In this document: piece after piece, positions 42,952 through 55,650 of the stretch | How positions within the stretch are numbered: position 1 is the stretch's first letter | How the letters are laid out: each line of letters begins with the position of its first letter | Origin: Nitrospirota bacterium | GTDB lineage: Bacteria; Nitrospirota; Nitrospiria; Nitrospirales; Nitrospiraceae | NCBI GenBank assembly: GCA_963701855.1 | Contig: CAVPBK010000009.1 | Location: 458,063 to 522,062 of the forward strand | DNA: 64,000 nucleotides | Direction of reading: 5' to 3' | Position numbers and translations under genes: made by a program | The notes under the pieces: model-generated | The model's input: the letters and a program-made list of their open reading frames with translations, nothing else | Told to the model about the DNA's origin: nothing | Database searches by the model: none

Positions 42952-44931
42952 ATGATCTCTCAGGCCAATATCTCGTCGAATACTCCCATGGGGGCAAACC
43001 TGATCGAGGGAGGGGGTGCCACCTTTCGCGCGTGGGCTCCACTTGCTACGGGTGTCTACGTCAATGGCACTTTCGGCGGCACGGCAAGAACTGGACAGAC
43101 CGGTGACCTACTGCTTGCAAAGGATGCGAATGGATACTGGACAGGTTTTGTTGACACCGCGAGGGATGGTGATCCGTACCATTTCTGGGTCGTGGGACTC
43201 GGATCCAGCGGGTACAAACGCGATCCTTACGCGCGGGAACTCGCGACGGACGCGCCATTCCCCAATTGCAGCTGCCTGATACGCTCCGCAATGGCATACC
43301 CATGGCACGATTCGGCATTCGTCACACCGGACTTCAGCAACATGATCATCTACCAACTGCACATCGGAACATATGCCCCTAGCGCATCGGGCGTAGCGTC
43401 AACCTTTCTCGATGTGATTGCGAAGATACCGTATCTTGTCGCGCTCGGAGCCAACGTGCTGCAACCGCTTCCGGTGAGCGAAGTCGAAACCAACCCGTCG
43501 TTGGGCTATGATGGCGCAGACTATTTTTCTCCAGACTTTCCGTATGTCGTGACCGACGAAGCGGCGCTTCAGGCGCACGTTGCTACCATCAACGGCTTGC
43601 TGGCAGCCAAGGGTTTTCCGCCACTGGGTCTGCAGGACATCACCACCGGGCCAGCTCAGCTTAAGGCGCTTGTCGATTTGTGTCATGTCTATGGCATTGC
43701 TGTGGCCTTCGATGTGGTCTACAACCATGCCGGTGGCTTTCAGATTACCGACACGCAGTCAGACGATGAATGCATTTATTACTGGGATCGCGCAAAAAAC
43801 GTCGGCCACAATAACGACAGCCTCTACTTTACGGACCAGGATCGAGGGACCGGCGGACTCTCGTTCGCGCTTTGGAAAAATGACGTCTGTCAGTTTCTAA
43901 TCAACAACGCGCTGTACTACATAGCTGAATTCCATGTCGATGGATTCCGCTACGACGAAATCAGCGATCTCATCTCGATGAATGGTGATTCTGGCTGGAG
44001 CTTCTGTTGCAATCTTACCGGCACACTTCGCTTCGTGAAGCCGCGGCTCTTGCAAAACGCCGAGTTCTGGCCGGGAGAGGTCGGTAATTATCCGAAATCC
44101 ACGGTTTCGATCGTGTCGGCGTCGGCCGATGGCGGTGCGGGATTCGATGTGGTCCAGCACGACGGTCTGCGCAGTGCCGTTCGCGACGCGGTGCTGGCGG
44201 CCTCCGCTGGTCAGAGCTCCGCCGTCAATTTCGATGCCATCGCAGGGGCTCTCTATCCGCAGGGATTTGCTCATGGCTGGCAAGTGGTGCCCTGTGTTGA
44301 AAATCACGATATCGTGCAGGTGGGCAGGGAGCTGCGCATCCCCGCTCTTGCTGACAGCTCAAACCCCCGTTCCTGGTATGCGCGCAGCCGCTCGCGGTTC
44401 GCCACGGGCCTGCTCCTTACCGCCCCCGGTATCCCGCAACTCTTCATGGGGCAGGAGTTTCTGGAAGACAAACAATGGAGTTCTGATCCTAACGCACCGA
44501 ACCTGATTTGGTGGTCCGGCCTGAACACAGGAACCGATCCAGCCATGGGGAACCATCTGCGCTTCACTCAGGACCTGATCCACCTGCGATGGAACTATCC
44601 TGCTCTGCGCGGGGACAACGTCAATCCGTTCCACGTTCATAACCAGAACCGCGTCATTGCGTTTCACCGATGGCTGGAGGGCAGCGGGCAGGACGTAATT
44701 GTAGTCGCTACCCTCAGCGAAAATACTTGGTACAACTATGGTATCGGATTCCCGTTTGCGGGGCTGTGGCAGGAAGTTTTCAACAGCGACGTGTATGACA
44801 ATTGGGTTAACCCGATCGTAGCCGGCAACGGAGGAGGTATCTCTGCATCTGGCCCTCCGCTGCACGGGTTCCCAGCCTCGGCGAACATAATGATCCCCGC
44901 CAACGGGTTCATCGTATTCGCACGCACTTAG
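42952..44931 (+). CDS. GH13 glycogen branching enzyme/TreZ-like protein
   Basis: FRAWAP, DVVYNH, DGFRYD, AEF, ENHD, LFMGQEF. Confidence 0.9.
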   Translation: MISQANISSNTPMGANLIEGGGATFRAWAPLATGVYVNGTFGGTARTGQTGDLLLAKDANGYWTGFVDTARDGDPYHFWVVGLGSSGYKRDPYARELATDAPFPNCSCLIRSAMAYPWHDSAFVTPDFSNMIIYQLHIGTYAPSASGVASTFLDVIAKIPYLVALGANVLQPLPVSEVETNPSLGYDGADYFSPDFPYVVTDEAALQAHVATINGLLAAKGFPPLGLQDITTGPAQLKALVDLCHVYGIAVAFDVVYNHAGGFQITDTQSDDECIYYWDRAKNVGHNNDSLYFTDQDRGTGGLSFALWKNDVCQFLINNALYYIAEFHVDGFRYDEISDLISMNGDSGWSFCCNLTGTLRFVKPRLLQNAEFWPGEVGNYPKSTVSIVSASADGGAGFDVVQHDGLRSAVRDAVLAASAGQSSAVNFDAIAGALYPQGFAHGWQVVPCVENHDIVQVGRELRIPALADSSNPRSWYARSRSRFATGLLLTAPGIPQLFMGQEFLEDKQWSSDPNAPNLIWWSGLNTGTDPAMGNHLRFTQDLIHLRWNYPALRGDNVNPFHVHNQNRVIAFHRWLEGSGQDVIVVATLSENTWYNYGIGFPFAGLWQEVFNSDVYDNWVNPIVAGNGGGISASGPPLHGFPASANIMIPANGFIVFART

Positions 44932-45369
44932 GCCCGAGTTAGGTCCCGGGAAGATACAGCGGCTATGTGGTTCGGTGCTCAGTCCAACCGTTTGAAGGGG
45001 CACTCGCGAGTGGCGGGGTGGTCCAAATTCAAAAAGAAATGTTCCCTCACTGATTCTTAGATGGTTGACCTACTCCCGATGCTCGACCACTTCGATGGAA
45101 ATACGCACTTACTATTCGGGATCCAACGTAAATGTAGCACCTTCGCCGTGTCAAACACATCTGCGCCTCGGCTACTCACTCATTCCACCATTCACCGCCT
45201 GACCTTCTCCGCCGATGACGCGGTAGCCAGGGGTCTAATCGGCTCGACATCTTCAGCCTCGGCAAAGATTGAAGTATGGCTGCTGGCAAACAACCCAATG
45301 TCGCATCGACCAACGCACATCTCTCACACTCTTGCCTGGGCGCACCTATTAATTGACCTAGCCCTGATT

Positions 45370-45866
45370 CAATAATGCGTTCGACCGTCTCCCTGCCGGT
45401 TCTCGTCACGTTCTACCACCCGCCCTATTCAGTCGACAACCATCACGGCGGATCGCAGCCAATGCATGACGCGCTCGACACCGCCTTTGCAAAGGCCTGA
45501 CGATGGGCCGACATGGTGCTGGCAGGCCATGTTCACAATTACCAGCGTTTCACGCGCAAGGTCGCCTCGACTGGACTGAAAATCACATACGTAGTCGCTG
45601 GGTCTGGAGGCTACTGGCACCTGCACACAATCGCGAAGGTGAACGGCGCGAAGCCGACGCTGCCTGTGAGCCTGCCCCTCTCAGGCGATACCATGACGCT
45701 TGAGAGCTACGTCGATGATAGGCAAGGCTTTCTCCGCCTCGATGACGACTCCAATTCGATTTCTGGAAAATACTACACCGTGCCATGCCCGCAAGAGAGC
45801 TGGAGCCAGCCACCAAAACTTGTCGGCAGTTTCCGCCTCGACACAAGGAACCACAAACTGGGCTAG
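45370..45866 (+). pseudogene. Metallophosphoesterase 3' remnant
   Basis: YHPP..HHGGS..DMVLAGHVHNYQRF..VVAGSGG; no 5' half, internal stop. Confidence 0.7.
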
Positions 45867-46049
45867 GCGTCATTGTTTGAATGCCTCGTAATACTCTGTT
45901 CTCGAGCCACAAAGCGCTGCTCATGCTCTTCTATTTGGCACTCAGGAATATCAGCAAAAAGTGGACTGACCAAAAACCGGAATAGATGACCAGACGGAAG
46001 TTTGAAAAACTCGCGTGTTGATCAGCTACCATTTTATAAATACTAGGGA

Positions 46050-46425
46050 AGATTCCCTGTTAATTCCCTGTTCTTGGGAAGGTGTGGACTTTGCCGAATC
46101 TGTGGAAAGCGATGCGAGATAGGGGTTTTCGTGGGATCCGCCCACCAATGAACGTATATTCAATGGAATTACCCCTGTATATTTCCCTGATACAGGGAAT
46201 AGGTTGCAGAGACTTGTTGGCTGTTGACTGGCTCCACCGCCAACCAGTCTGGACAAGAGAGAAACATTCTCTGTTTCTCGGAGATTGTCGCGATGTTCCG
46301 CCTGGGTTGCGGACAGAACAACTCAGACATCTGCTACCACGCAGCTACCAGAGCAGGGCAAATCACCCCCATCTGCCCCCATGGCGAGAGGATCCTGGTT
46401 TGTGGTTTCTGGTGGCGTTAGGTTG
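46050..46425 (+). other. Compound att-like region (TTCCCTGT x2; GACTGG-N12-CCAGTC core; TGCTACC x2)
   Basis: 46237-46300 repeats 55668-55735; 46332-46425 repeats ~35730-35822. Confidence 0.65.
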
Positions 46426-46670
46426 GGAGTGTGAATCGACCCCTCTTCGCTCTTTCGAGCAAGAGTCAGATTAGAACTTCTTCATGGTCGGTTCATCATC
46501 TGTTCATGCTCGCTCCTTACAATATCAGCCATTCCGAATTATCAAGAACTTGTTCTAGAAAGAGGACCGTCATGTTGAACCTAGCCTTGATTGGTGCGAT
46601 GTATTACGGGCAATCTTCATCTTCATTATGATTGGAGTCATAGAAATATCCATGGAGATGGCTTCGGAGC

Positions 46671-47834
46671 ATGATGCCTCAAGCAGGGAAACATTTAGAG
46701 TCTCTCACGCGAGTGGCTAGCAGTATGTCACAGGAAATGTCGCAGGGCGAAGAGAGACGCCAGCGTCTGCTGCATAAGCTCGGTGAGCGGGTCAAGGAGC
46801 TCACGGCGTTACATGGGGTGGTGCGGCTTCTGCAGGATAGCCGCGTCCCGCTCGATGAAGTGTTGCAGCAAGTGGTGCTGTTGCTCCCGCCGGCCTGGCA
46901 ATATCCGGACATTGCAGTGGCGCGCATCCGGATCGATGGAACGATCGCTATGACGCCACGTTTTTGCGAGACACTCTGGATGCAACGCGCAGCACTCACA
47001 ACCTCGGTGGGGCGCCACGGATACTTAGAAGTCGGGTACTTGGAAGAAAGACCCACGGAACATGAGGGGCCATTCCTAGTCGAAGAACGCAATTTGATTA
47101 ATTCGCTCGCCGATAGCCTCTCGTCCTATCTGACTCGCCGAGAGGCCGAGGAGGGGCTACGAGAAACTCATGCGCAATTGCAAGCGCTGTCACGACAACT
47201 GATGTATTTACAAGAACAAGAGCGTCAACAGCTCGCCCACGATCTGCATGACGAAGTTGGTCAAGCTCTCACCGCACTCAAGATGAATCTTCAGACGATG
47301 CAGCTGGTTGCGAATACGTCTCCGGTGCAGAATTCATTGACTGAGAGTTTCAGTATTCTGGATACCCTGCTCGCTCGAGTGCGGGATCTCTCCTTGGACC
47401 TGCGGCCGTCCTTGCTCGACCACCTGGGATTGGTGCCAGCCATCCGCTGGCATACCATCCGGCAAGCCGAGCGGGCCGGTCTCCAGGCACATGTCGATGC
47501 AGATTCGCTTCTACAGGATCTGCCAGCAGATATGGCCGTGGTCTGTTTTCGGATCGTACAGGAAGCGGTCACGAATGTGTTGCGCCATGCCAAAGCCACT
47601 CAGCTCGATGTGGTGTTGCGAACAAATGCTTCGGGATTCGATCTGATCGTCAAAGATAATGGCGTCGGATTTCGAGTCTCAGAGTCCATGACGGAGGTCG
47701 AAGGCCGGTGGGCGATTGGGCTTGTGGGCATGCGTGAACGCGCTCGAGCTTTAAAGGGGCAGATTATGATCCACTCCGCTCCCGGAAGGGGCACCGAAGT
47801 GTCTGCGCACATCCCCTGGAGCCATGTTGGGTAA
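46671..47834 (+). CDS. HisKA_3 sensor histidine kinase (soluble)
   Basis: LAHDLHDEVGQ, QEAVTNVLRHA, DNGVGF, GLVGMRER. Confidence 0.92.
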   Translation: MMPQAGKHLESLTRVASSMSQEMSQGEERRQRLLHKLGERVKELTALHGVVRLLQDSRVPLDEVLQQVVLLLPPAWQYPDIAVARIRIDGTIAMTPRFCETLWMQRAALTTSVGRHGYLEVGYLEERPTEHEGPFLVEERNLINSLADSLSSYLTRREAEEGLRETHAQLQALSRQLMYLQEQERQQLAHDLHDEVGQALTALKMNLQTMQLVANTSPVQNSLTESFSILDTLLARVRDLSLDLRPSLLDHLGLVPAIRWHTIRQAERAGLQAHVDADSLLQDLPADMAVVCFRIVQEAVTNVLRHAKATQLDVVLRTNASGFDLIVKDNGVGFRVSESMTEVEGRWAIGLVGMRERARALKGQIMIHSAPGRGTEVSAHIPWSHVG

Positions 47835-47866
47835 ACCCAATTGGAGGAACGAGGAGGGTACGGAGG

Positions 47867-48517
47867 ATGCCGATTCGAGTAGTGCTGGCGGATGATCATG
47901 TCCTAATTCGAGCCGGGTTGCGGGTGTTACTACACAGTCTGCCGAATATCGAAGTCATCGGCGAGGCGAGTGACGGGCATGAAGCGATCGACGTCATCAC
48001 TCGACACCAGCCGGATGTGGTCATGATGGATATCGGCATGCCTGGCTTGAACGGGGTGGACTCTACACGTCGAATCATAAAACAATTCCCCCGCACACGG
48101 GTCATCATGCTGTCTATGCACGCGAACGAGGAATATGTCGGCCAAGCGCTTGAAGCAGGCGCGATGGGCTATCTGCTGAAGGGAGCGGAGCCCGCCGAAT
48201 TGGAACTGGTATTCAAAGCCGTGATGCGAGGGGAAACCTACTTGAGTCCGACGATCGCCAAGCAGCTAGTCCAGGATTATCTGTCCAACCGAAAGGAGAA
48301 GGTAAACCTGCTTCCCGACTTAACCGCGCGACAGCGTGAAGTGCTTCAGCTCATTGCCGAAGGGTGCTCGACGAAAGACATCGCTAATAAGTTGAAGCTG
48401 AGCGTCAAGACAATAGACACGCATCGTACCGAATTGATGCACCGGCTCGATATCCATGAGGTGGCTGGCCTCGTTCGATATGCCATCCGCATCGGGCTCG
48501 TGTCGACTGAAACCTGA
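47867..48517 (+). CDS. NarL/FixJ-family response regulator
   Basis: LADDH, MDIGMP, LTARQREVL..SVKTIDTHR. Confidence 0.95.
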   Translation: MPIRVVLADDHVLIRAGLRVLLHSLPNIEVIGEASDGHEAIDVITRHQPDVVMMDIGMPGLNGVDSTRRIIKQFPRTRVIMLSMHANEEYVGQALEAGAMGYLLKGAEPAELELVFKAVMRGETYLSPTIAKQLVQDYLSNRKEKVNLLPDLTARQREVLQLIAEGCSTKDIANKLKLSVKTIDTHRTELMHRLDIHEVAGLVRYAIRIGLVSTET

Positions 48518-48621
48518 CGACGGCGCACGCGGTGTTTCGTCTGATTGAGCTTCCTGTCGTCTCATTCCGCTGGTGCAATCCCCCTCCGCCTCTGCCCATC
48601 CGCTCCTTCCACCGCCCGGTC

Positions 48622-48694
48622 CTCAGGTATTTTTCCAGACGTTCTCAGGTATCCTCCTGATACGTCTCACTGCACCTATTGTGTTTAGGTATAC
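48622..48694 (+). promoter_or_regulatory. Tandem TCAG-N-CC(T/A)G operator/promoter block, copy 1
   Basis: CTCAGGTATTTTTCCAG..CTCAGGTATCCTCCTGATAC closely matches 53464-53535. Confidence 0.6.
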
Positions 48695-48840
48695 GCGAGA
48701 CAGAGGTCTGAGTGAAGCAGTGCGATGAGTGAGGGGCATGCGGATCCATCGTGGACAAGCTGATATCTGTCGTCGATGGAGAGCATGCGCGGTAAACCGT
48801 CAACCGGCTGTCGTTGACAACCCAACCAGGAGGTGGAGCG

Positions 48841-49213
48841 ATGAAGTTCAAGAAATCCATAATCGGTATGCTGGCCATGCTGCCACTGGCGAGGGGTACT
48901 CAATCTCGCGGGGTACAGCGGGGCGCTGTCCGCGAGCTTGGAAGAGAGGCTGGCGTCCTCTCCCGCCCCAAACGATCACCTCGCGGCGGCCAGGATGTAT
49001 CAGAACGAGGCGCGTGAGTTGGAGGCCGAAGCCGTGGAGTATGAGACCGCCGTCTCGAAGTTCACCCCCTATCAGGACTCCAAGGGGTTTCATCATGGCC
49101 CATTAAAAATGGCCGCGCACGGAAAGCGGTATGAGGCGAAGCAGATGCAGGACCTGTATGCCGCACATCTTGCACAGGCCCAGGTCCTGTGCGGAAAGCT
49201 TGCGCCTCAATAA
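48841..49213 (+). pseudogene. Frameshifted paralogue of the downstream lipoprotein
   Basis: MKFKKSIIGMLAMLPL then frame change to LEERL..DHLAAARMYQNEARELEAEA. Confidence 0.75.
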
Positions 49214-49264
49214 CGAAAGAATGTCAATTGGCTGTTTGGGTCAGTCTAACCAGAAGGTGGAGTG

Positions 49265-49642
49265 ATGAAGTTCACGAAATCCATAGTCGGTGTGCTGGCC
49301 ATGTTGCCGCTGGTGGCTGGACTTACTTTCGCGGGGTGTAGCGGGGTGCTGCCCGCCACTTTGGAAGAGAAGCTGATGTCCACACCCACCGTGGACGATC
49401 ACCTCGCAGCGGCTAGATTGTATCAAAACAAGGCGCGTGAGTTAGAGGCCGAAGCCGAGGAGTACGAGCGTGCAGTTTCGACGCTTGAGTCATCTGGAGA
49501 CTCCAAGGGGTTTCATTACGGAGCACTGAGGATGGCCGCGCAAAAAAAACGGCATGAAGCAAAGCAGATGCAGAAGCTGTATGCTTCACATGCTGCGCAG
49601 GCACAGGCACTGGCCCTGCACGGAAAGGCACAGCCTCAATAA
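49265..49642 (+). CDS. Lipoprotein, helical
   Basis: MKFTKSIVGVLAMLPLVAGLTFAGC lipobox. Confidence 0.8.
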   Translation: MKFTKSIVGVLAMLPLVAGLTFAGCSGVLPATLEEKLMSTPTVDDHLAAARLYQNKARELEAEAEEYERAVSTLESSGDSKGFHYGALRMAAQKKRHEAKQMQKLYASHAAQAQALALHGKAQPQ

Positions 49643-49829
49643 GGATCTTCTAACGGCGAGGAGCGTGCCTCTCCGCTGAAGGGCCGCACCGACGTCCGAT
49701 GGTGCCACGCCATTGACCTGCCCCCAAGTGTTAGGCCACCGGTTCAGTTCGCTTACGCCGGGAATGGTCGGCTGGAATCCTGGCTCCAGATCCGACCTGG
49801 TTTAAAGGGGGCAGCAACTGTCTTGGTTG

Positions 49830-50945
<1,116 letters not shown>

Positions 50946-51048
50946 TCGCCTTGGGCGCAAGATACAAGGTCACTTTCCCAATGGACTCCGCTTGCGCGCG
51001 TTTCAGGTCCACGAACTGCGTAAGAGGGCCACTCATACCAGTTGAGTG

Positions 51049-52108
51049 CTACATCCAGTCGATTAGAAGAAGGCCCGCACCAACTGTCGTTTGAGCATGG
51101 TTGTAATCAATCAGACTTTCGCCATAGCCGGTGAAGACCTGCACATACCCCTTCAATTGACGGTACAGCGGAAAACTCCAGTCTGCCTGCATCGCGCCGT
51201 ACAAATTCCAGAAGTTGAGATTACTACGCAGCAGAAGTGAGACCATGTGACCGCTCCGTTCGTAGATCGCGACAATATCGCCGTGGCCCATGTATGTCGT
51301 GATATCGGGGTTGTTATCATCGGTCCAATCTTCTTGAATCCGATACCAGGGTCTTACCATGATCCCGAACCCGCCCCCGCTCAAATCCGAACTGTGCATA
51401 GATCCGATTCCAACTACGGGACAACGGTTCTTGCCGACCGTTGGATTGATGCACCAGGCCAATATTGATAAAGCGTCCCCTCAGCCCAAACAGATCATAA
51501 TCCGTATGGATGACGCCCATGAGTTCCGGTTCATAGTTGTTCTCGCGAAAGGGGGATGAGATGGCTTTGTTATATATCTGAAAGAAGGAGAGTTGTGTAT
51601 ACCCGATCTATAAATCGAAGCGGTCTTTTACCTCCAAGGCTTTCACCTTGAATGAAATCTGAAATTTCACTTCTGTATTGATATAGCCCAGCGATTCTGG
51701 AACTGTGCCCTGCATGGGGGCTGAAGGCTGATTGTTCACGTTAGTCGTGGTGCGGGCGAGTAAGAGGTAGGACTGCTTATGCGGGCTAATCGAAAAAATC
51801 CCGTGCTCCGTGCCAGGGTCGAGTTTCCAGCGGCGGCCCATTAGCGTTGGCGTGCCATTCGAATCCTGAACCGCCGGCTGCTTCGTTCGCTGTTTCTCCG
51901 CCTCGTCATAGCACTTCAAGCGCTCAGCGTCCGACTCAACAGTCCGACATGCCGCACCAGCCTGTGGCATGCCGGACTCGGGGGATTCCGCTGACCATCC
52001 GGTGTTTGTGAGGATGAAGATGCTACCGAGAAAGAGCCAAATTTTGATGATGGCATACAGATATGCCCGTCCTCTCAAGAAAGTATCCCGCCGACCTCTA
52101 TTCCCCAC
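51049..52108 (-). pseudogene. pldA: Outer-membrane phospholipase A pseudogene
   Basis: [41 protein letters not shown] at 51608-51610 plus frameshifts. Confidence 0.85.
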
Positions 52109-52399
52109 GAACGGGATCGCTCCTATGTCGCGTTGGGCGAACCACTATTTCATCAGCCCATGACCATCAGGGCAAGAATTTCTTATCCAATCATCCTCTT
52201 TATTGATCGTTCACACGCCCGATCCGCCTACACCTCCCGCCGTAGAGAAACCGATAACCGCATGCTGCTACGGCATGAGCTTCGCGGCAATCAGCAGGCA
52301 AGATTGAGTCATGCTCACATAACTACCTAAAAGCATGTATCTCGGCCCGGGCGAGTAGGGTGCGCCGAATCCCAACAAAAATCTAACATTCGCCTTCTA

Positions 52400-53238
52400 C
52401 TAGAACCTTTCTCAAAATTGCCTGAGCAGCATCGTGATGCATGCGAGTTGCACAAATCCCAGGAAGTTGGTGGCGTAGTACTCCCAGCGAATCAGTAAGC
52501 GTCGCTTCCATTGGAGCCAGGCAAAGAACCGTTCGACGAGCCAGCGACGTTGATAGCGGCGAAGAGACCGGCCGTCTTGGGTCTTGAGCTTGCGGGTGGA
52601 TCGATGCGGGGCAATCAGGTTCACCCCGTCCTGCTTGAGGTTCACATCGAGCCCATCACTGTCATACGCCCGATCGCCAATGAGATGCTCGGGCTTGGCC
52701 TCCAGCATGTAGAAGTCGAAGCTGAGTTGCACCAACGTGACCTCATGATGGTTGGCCGCATGTGTACTCACGGAAAGGGGCAGCCCATGCCGATCCACTA
52801 TCGCCAGGATTTTCACGCCTTTGCCGCGTTTGGTGAGACCCACGGCGTCGCCGCCGCCCTTGGCTGCGGCAAACATAGCATCGATGAAACTCTCGTGTTC
52901 GTCGAGCGCTCCCCCTTCACACAGCGTATTGGCTAGCTGCGTAAGGATCTCACGCAGGACCTCGTGCTAACACCACTGTTGAAACCGGCGATGGACGGTT
53001 TTGTAATTCGGATAGCACTGCGGCAGCAGATGCCATTGCGCGCCGGTGTTCAGAATCTAGAGCACCGCCTCCAACACAGCCCGTGTGGGCACGGGTTTAC
53101 GACCCGACGGATGTCCGGGATGTGTTCCTCGTGGAAATGTTCACGAATCCGGTCCCATTGGTCATCGCGCAGGCGCAGCATGCAAATACTTATACGTACG
53201 TATGTTCACAGTGTCAACAATTTTGAGATAGGTTCTAG
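52400..53238 (-). mobile_element. IS5-family element with split transposase
   Basis: CTAGAACCTTTCTCAAAA..TTTTGAGATAGGTTCTAG ends; GDRAYDS, RWLVERFFAW; N-terminal part MLRLRDDQW from 53181 is disrupted. Confidence 0.88.
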
Positions 53239-53414
53239 TGTTGGTTGCCAAGTTGGTGCCAAAACACCATGACACACCATGATCCATGATGATCTGCACC
53301 ATCACTAATCCTCCCTCTTTGCTGATGATTGCTCTTGTTGAGTGTTCTGAGGTGGGTTATTCTCGCGACTCTTAATCAGCGAGACCGTAGATTCGACCCC
53401 TACACGGCCCATCA
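53239..53414 (+). other. att-like scar: TGGTGCC pair plus tRNA-Lys(CTT) 3' half
   Basis: GACTCTTAATCAGCGAGACCGTAGATTCGACCCCTACACGGCCCATCA at 53367-53414. Confidence 0.75.
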
Positions 53415-53463
53415 AAAATCAATACCTTATATGTCATAATCATCCGTTTCTCCCACAGGCCTG

Positions 53464-53535
53464 CTCAGGTATTTTTCCAGGAACTCTCAGAAATCCCCTG
53501 ATACTCATTCATGTACCCGTTGTGTAAACGTATAG
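53464..53535 (+). promoter_or_regulatory. Operator/promoter block, copy 2
   Basis: CTCAGGTATTTTTCCAG..CTCAGAAATCCCCTGATAC. Confidence 0.6.
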
Positions 53536-53620
53536 ATGAAAGGTCATATGACTCCCTGGCGAACTCAGGGGGTTGGAAGACACGGGTTTCGAACTACCAA
53601 TCATTAACAAGGAGGTTGTC

Positions 53621-54016
53621 ATGGTATCCCTTCCAAAAATCATCGGTGTCCTCTCATGCGGTGTTGTGCTGTGCCTGAGTCTGGCCGATGCATCGCAGGC
53701 ATTTCGCCTTGACCCTTGTGCCAGTCGAAAAGGTGGTCTCCCGAATCTCCTGCAGTGTAGTCAAGAAGAACGGCAGGGCATTCAAACCATCAAGGGCGAG
53801 GTCCTGCGCGTGGACGGCGATACGCTTGTCGTTGAGCGATTTAATGGGCAGGAAGTGCAGTTGCCAGTCACCGCAGCCCTGAGAAACGGCCACGTATTCG
53901 AGCCAGGAGATTGGATTGAGGCGAAACTCGCCGAAGTGAATCATGAGAGACGCGTGCTGGCCATCCACGATATCAGCAATAAGGAAACGCAGGATAGTAG
54001 GTTGGCTAAACACTGA
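53621..54016 (+). CDS. Small exported OB-fold-like protein, paralogue 2
   Basis: MVSLPKIIGVLSCG..IKGEVLRV..GDWIEAK; AAGGAGG upstream. Confidence 0.8.
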   Translation: MVSLPKIIGVLSCGVVLCLSLADASQAFRLDPCASRKGGLPNLLQCSQEERQGIQTIKGEVLRVDGDTLVVERFNGQEVQLPVTAALRNGHVFEPGDWIEAKLAEVNHERRVLAIHDISNKETQDSRLAKH

Positions 54017-54370
54017 GGAGACCAGGGGCACCGACTTTCAGGGACATGATGAAGCGCGTTTCTCGGCACATCTGTAGGCAGGGGGAGTGATGGCGTTCAA
54101 CTCGTGCTTACATACCCTGATAAGTCGGTGCGCTTTATCCAGCCGACTCCTTCCGCTCGGCAGGGTCGCCCTCCCGGTCCCTACGAGGGAACCCTGCTCA
54201 GGAGTGAAGGTGTCGCGAAAAAAATGATGCGGCGGAAAAAGAGCCCTGGCTACCCTACTCACAATCGGATCGCCGTTACCTTTCGGTCGCATATCTCAGC
54301 TCGGCTCGCTTCAAACAAGCTTTCCGTCGCAAGCGTCGACGATATGTTCGGCCATCGGCGAAGTTGATTC

Positions 54371-54538
54371 TGCTACCACCCTGCTACCAGATCAGCCTAA
54401 GCCATGCCGATCCATGACCATCATGGTTTTTCCAGAATCGTCGTTTTTTCCTTCTGTTAGCTCTTGCTGAGTCGGCTCAGTTTGGGCTGATTCAGATTTG
54501 TAAACCGCAGATTGGAGGTTCAATTCCTCTCGTCAGCC
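54371..54538 (+). other. att-like scar: TGCTACC x2 plus tRNA-Thr(TGT) 3' half
   Basis: Repeats at 54371 and 54382; TTTGTAAACCGCAGATTGGAGGTTCAATTCCTCTCGTCAGC from 54497. Confidence 0.75.
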
Positions 54539-55027
54539 CTTGGATCAAGACCTGACCATCCCGCCGATTTTGCCGCGTTCAGGTCAACTACACCTGAGCT
54601 ACAGGTGCCCCCTTAGATGTTAAAAAAACAATGCCTTATCGGGAGTCTGCGAATATGCAATCCACTCTCTCCAATCCATCCTTCAAAGCTCTGTCGTCGA
54701 GGTCAATGCTACAACGTTCCAGGATCGCCGTGGGAACATGTACCCCTTCGTTCGTAGGGTTGACTCATCGCGTGAAGCGGCGTCAGTATAGACTCCACTC
54801 CAAGCCTAGAGGTCCGGAATTGAATTCACCTCGAAGTGGTAACATTCTCAACCACAAGCAGCATCGTTACGTGTCAAGCCCCTCCCAGACTGATCCCCCC
54901 TCTTTGCTCGGCTAGATTCTACTAAATTACACACAGTCTTTTGCGGGCCCTGCGCCTGGCAATCGAGATCGCCGGCGCATACCTCCGCATAAGACGTACA
55001 AAGGCATCCTGCCGGAGGGAACATGCT

Positions 55028-55423
55028 ATGGGTAAAGCAATTGGTCAACTATTACGCGTAAGCCAGGTGATTCCGGTTTCACGGGAGCGAAGAGATAGTA
55101 AGCGTGCGCCCTGCAGGCTCGTTTGCCCCTTCAAATTGACGAAGTTTGTGGGCAAACGCACTGTGAAGCTGACAAAGGGATTCGGGTACGCAATCAATAA
55201 GAGCGTCAAGGGCATGCTGCTCTTGCTGCCTGTGTCCGTGAACAGACGGCAGGTGGTTGAACTCCGGGTGCCCTCAGAGGCGAGGAAAACGCCGAGCACC
55301 AAATTGGTGGAAGTATGTTGGGCGCGGCCCTTTCCGATGAGTGAACGAGTCAAGATATACCTGGCGGGCACTCGTTGTTTCTTTGAACTTCCCACTCCTC
55401 GTCAGTTGCCACAGGCTCGGTAG
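55028..55423 (+). CDS. PilZ-like protein
   Basis: RRDSKR, INKSVKGM, VEVCW. Confidence 0.7.
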   Translation: MGKAIGQLLRVSQVIPVSRERRDSKRAPCRLVCPFKLTKFVGKRTVKLTKGFGYAINKSVKGMLLLLPVSVNRRQVVELRVPSEARKTPSTKLVEVCWARPFPMSERVKIYLAGTRCFFELPTPRQLPQAR

Positions 55424-55650
55424 GAGGGTTGCAGCTTCTCGGAGCAGATGTACCCCTCAGACGGCCTGCGTGGAACGTCAACCAACTGCGTCTGTTCCGC
55501 TCGTAAACTCCCTGTAGCTTAACTGTAGCGGAACTATCGTGTCCGATCGGGTTTGATCGGTCTTTCATCTGCCGCTGAGCTTTATAACTGATTGAGATAG
55601 AACCGATAGCGAGTAGATCGAGGCTCTATAGTCTCTGGCGCTGTAGGGGT

